Positions 59,251 to 64,000 of a stretch of 64,000 bases of DNA are shown here, piece after piece. This DNA is from the human T2T-CHM13v2.0 reference genome, Homo sapiens, in the NCBI RefSeq assembly GCF_009914755.1, contig NC_060925.1, one strand, 5' to 3'. The position numbers and the translations under genes are program-made. The notes under the pieces were generated by a model that worked only from the letters and a program-made list of their open reading frames with translations, did not search any database and was not told the origin of the DNA. How positions within the stretch are numbered: the stretch's first letter is position 1; every line of letters starts with the position of its first letter.

Positions 59251-59684
59251 TCAGTCCCCTGTTGATTGGAATTCAGGTTATTTATAGTCATTCGATATAC
59301 AGAGCATGCTGCACTGAATGTCCTGGTAAATGTGTCTTTCAACAAATGTTTGAGTGCCAGGCAATCTTGGCTTGTGGGATGCAAAGAGGTGAAACAAGGT
59401 CTGTTCCTGAAGGAGCTGCTGTTTTTTGGTGGAGGCAGGCAGTCAGACAGGCAAGCAAACAAGAAGAAAATAACACAATTGGGCTGGGTGTGGTGGTTCA
59501 TGTTTGTAATCCCAGCACTTTGGGAGGCTGAGGCTGGAGGATTGCTAGAGACCAAGTGTCCAAGACCAGCTTGGATAACGTAGCGAGACCTCATCTTTAC
59601 TAAAAATAATGTAAGAAAATTAGCTGGGTGTGGTTTTACACACCTGTAGTCTCAGCTACTCGGGAGGTTGAGGTGGGAGGATCA

Positions 59685-59783
<99 letters not shown>

Positions 59784-60475
59784 TTAACTGAGGCTGCAAG
59801 ATGTGCATGCTTACAGAAGAGGCAGCTAACCCAGCATTTAGGAGGAGGTGAGATTTGGGAAGGCTTTTTAGAGGAGGCGATTCCTGAGCTGAGTTTTGAC
59901 AAATGAGTACAGCTACAAAAAGATGGCATGGTCATTGTCACAGCATACCTGAAACTCCTCTTGTAGAGTTTGTTTATGGTCCACAAGAGGTCCTTGCTTT
60001 TATGGCTTGGCCTTACCTTTTCTATTATCATTTTAGTCCGCATCCATCTCTAATGATATTGTCAAAGGAAAGGGTTATCATGCCTGCCCCATATCACCTT
60101 TCCAGCCCTCATTGCTTGTGCTTGCCTTTAAGATATACATACACATAGTGGCATTGTAGTATATGCATTTAAACTTCGGCTTTTAACTTCTGGAACTGAA
60201 GGATGGCAAACAATCCTAAAACTAGTAAATTGGGCTTCAAGCTGTTAACTATAAATTCACCCATTCTGAAAGGCATGTTGAATTACCTGTTCCCTTCAAA
60301 ATCTACCAAGTAAATTGTTAAATGGTATTATATTATGCTAGTCTGCTCTTTAACAATCTGTATTGGTGCATATTGTGAGAAGGTTTAAGGAGTTGGAAAT
60401 TTTGTAAGTTTTTTAGATGATGTACTTTCACAATGGACAATGAATCAGATATTTCAACCATGTATTTTCCTTTAG

Positions 60476-60736
<261 letters not shown>

Positions 60737-61686
60737 TAGGCCTCCCAAAGTGCTGGGATTACAGGTGTGAGCCACTGCACCCGGCCCAAACTAGATTTTT
60801 TTTAAAAAAGCATGAGTAGATAATAGAGGCTTTTGGATTACTCTGTGTATTTTACCCCCTCCACTTGATGTTTAAGCTCTCAGGTTGGCCTTTAAGACAT
60901 AGTACAAAAGGTCTTGTTTGTACAGCTTCATGTAGTTGAATTTAAATGGCTGATGTTATATTTTAACAGTCTCACCTCTAAGTTCTGAGAGTTTTTGTAC
61001 TAGTTAAACAACAGATCCAGGAGCAAGCATCCCTTACTTAGCCAGACAGATAATACTGAAATAATGCAGAGTCATTCTTGTTTATCATCTAACTTCCAAG
61101 AAGCTAGAAATCAACTATTTTCTGATCTTCAGCACCTTCTGTCTGGGCAGCAGTAACCTGTAACCCTGGCATTTTATAATTCTTGTGACTTGGTCATAAC
61201 CAACATTTGCAGGGGGCGAAGCAACTGCCAGGCCCTGGACTGACTAATGAATGCAAATTATCTCTAATTCCCACACAGATCTCCAGAGCAGTTTTTGTTA
61301 TATCATTTGCTTTACAAATAAATAAATGGCCTCAGAAAGGTTGAGTAACTAACTTGGTCAGGTACAGTGGCTCACGCCTGTAACCCAGCACTTTGGGAGG
61401 CCAAGGCGGATGGATCACTTGAGCCCAGGAGTTAGAGACCAGCCTGGGCAACATGGCAAGACCCTGTCTCTACAAAAAATAAACAGAGTTAGCCAGAGTG
61501 GTGGCGCATGCCTGTAATCCCAGCTACTTGGGAGACTGAGGTGGGAGGATTGCCTGAGTCCAGGAGGCTACAGTGAGTCTATAGTGAGGCTACAGTGAGC
61601 TGTGTTTGAGCCACTGCACCCCAGTCTGGGCAACAGAGCGAAAACCTTCTCAAAAAGAAAAAAAGTTGGCCGGGCGTGGTGGCTCA

Positions 61687-62015
<329 letters not shown>

Positions 62016-62166
62016 CTAAGTCAAACAGCTAGTTAAAGAGAAACTAGCGTTCAAACCTGGGGCTCCATAGCTAGGATTAAACTTCTTCCCATTATGTCGT
62101 GCTGACATCTGAGTACTCTAGAAACTAGTGAAATACTCATGTCTTATAAATGCCATGTAGGGACAG

Positions 62167-62977
<811 letters not shown>

Positions 62978-64000
62978 CCATGGATAGCAGGGAACAAGTA
63001 TGCTGAGGCTCAGAAGGCCCTTTAAGGGTAGGATAGAGGGATGTACTTTTTGTTGTTGTTGTTCTGTCCCTAAAACATTTTTTTTTAAAAAACCTAAAAA
63101 AGGAAGCACTGACTTCCTCCTCCCATGATCAAAAGGACCAAAGGGGGTCAAAAATAGAAGCCATTTGGTTGTGAGGAGGTAGAAATTGCTTTTCATCATA
63201 ATGGTAAGAGTTCAGGAATAATGCCTGAACTTGGTGTTATTTTATTATTCATTTGTCCCATTTGTCACATGTCCCAGCATTAGGTATGGGGAGGCGTGCA
63301 AAAAAGTAAAACTTGTTCTCTGTCTTTGAGGTACCGACAGTCTAGGGTTTGAGCTCTGAGTTCTACATTACGTTCCCAGGAGGCATGGCGGTGCGCATGC
63401 ATGCAGGTAGAGCATGGGGGTCATAGACAAGGCAGCAAGGAGTGCTTTGTTCACATGTACCTTTTGCCTGTAATGCCTTTCACACTTCTTTAATCTCTCG
63501 AAGTCCATTTCTACTCTCATTGCTTCCATGAAGCCTTTCCACACCTGTTGCAGCTACAGGTCATTTTCTTCTCTAAAATTCTCTCATACCCATTGGTACC
63601 TTTAATTTGTTATTCATTATCTCTTGTAAGATGTTCTATTTCATAATTTCAGTTATTGTCTGTTGCCATTTGAATAGTAATTTTTTTTCATGACGGTTCA
63701 GTTCAACTAATGTTTTAATAGGCTATAACGAGAGGAGAGGAGACAGAAAAAAATAAGACACCTCATATACCTTATGCCTTGTACCTGATATCTTCTGGAA
63801 GTACTCTAAAGAAAATGAGATAGTACAGTGAGGAAGAGTGGGAAGACTACTTGAGATTGTGGCGTTAGAGGCCTCTTTGAGGAGGTAATATTTAAGCTGA
63901 GCTCTGAATAAGGGTAGGAGTCAGGCGTGTGAAGATTTGGTAGCAGGCCGGGCACGGTGGTTCACACCTGTAATCCCAGCACTTTGAGAGGCCGAGGCAG

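Overview
Primate, most likely human, genomic DNA covering about 49 kb upstream of the adenylate kinase 4 gene AK4 and the first 14 kb of the gene. Human AK4 lies at 1p31.3 (prior knowledge). The only intact protein-coding sequence I can support is the first AK4 coding exon (50387-50531, +, [20 protein letters not shown]..., phase-1 GT donor). It sits in a CpG island (~49330-51200) with several ACGTG hypoxia/E-box motifs and probable non-coding upstream exons. The rest is repeat-dominated: about 65-70 Alu/FLAM pieces, an old L1M 5' half (~160-6600), a 5'-truncated L1PA (~24135-27690), MaLR elements, and hAT/Charlie, L2 and MIR relics. Six solo LTRs (2x LTR7/HERV-H, LTR5/HERV-K HML-2, MER51-like, MER39-like, LTR16-like) cluster within 10 kb of the AK4 promoter. 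There are three retrocopies: an RPS29 processed pseudogene in the AK4 intron, an HNRNPA3-like 3'UTR fragment, and a 7SL fragment nested in that fragment. Almost all ORFs in the supplied track are Alu, L1 or LTR translations. I see no new multi-gene system. The best leads are a possible LTR7-initiated, spliced AK4 isoform, the nested retrocopy stack, and several fold-back (template-switch) scars. Repeat boundaries were read by eye and subfamilies come from remembered consensus sequences, so both are approximate.
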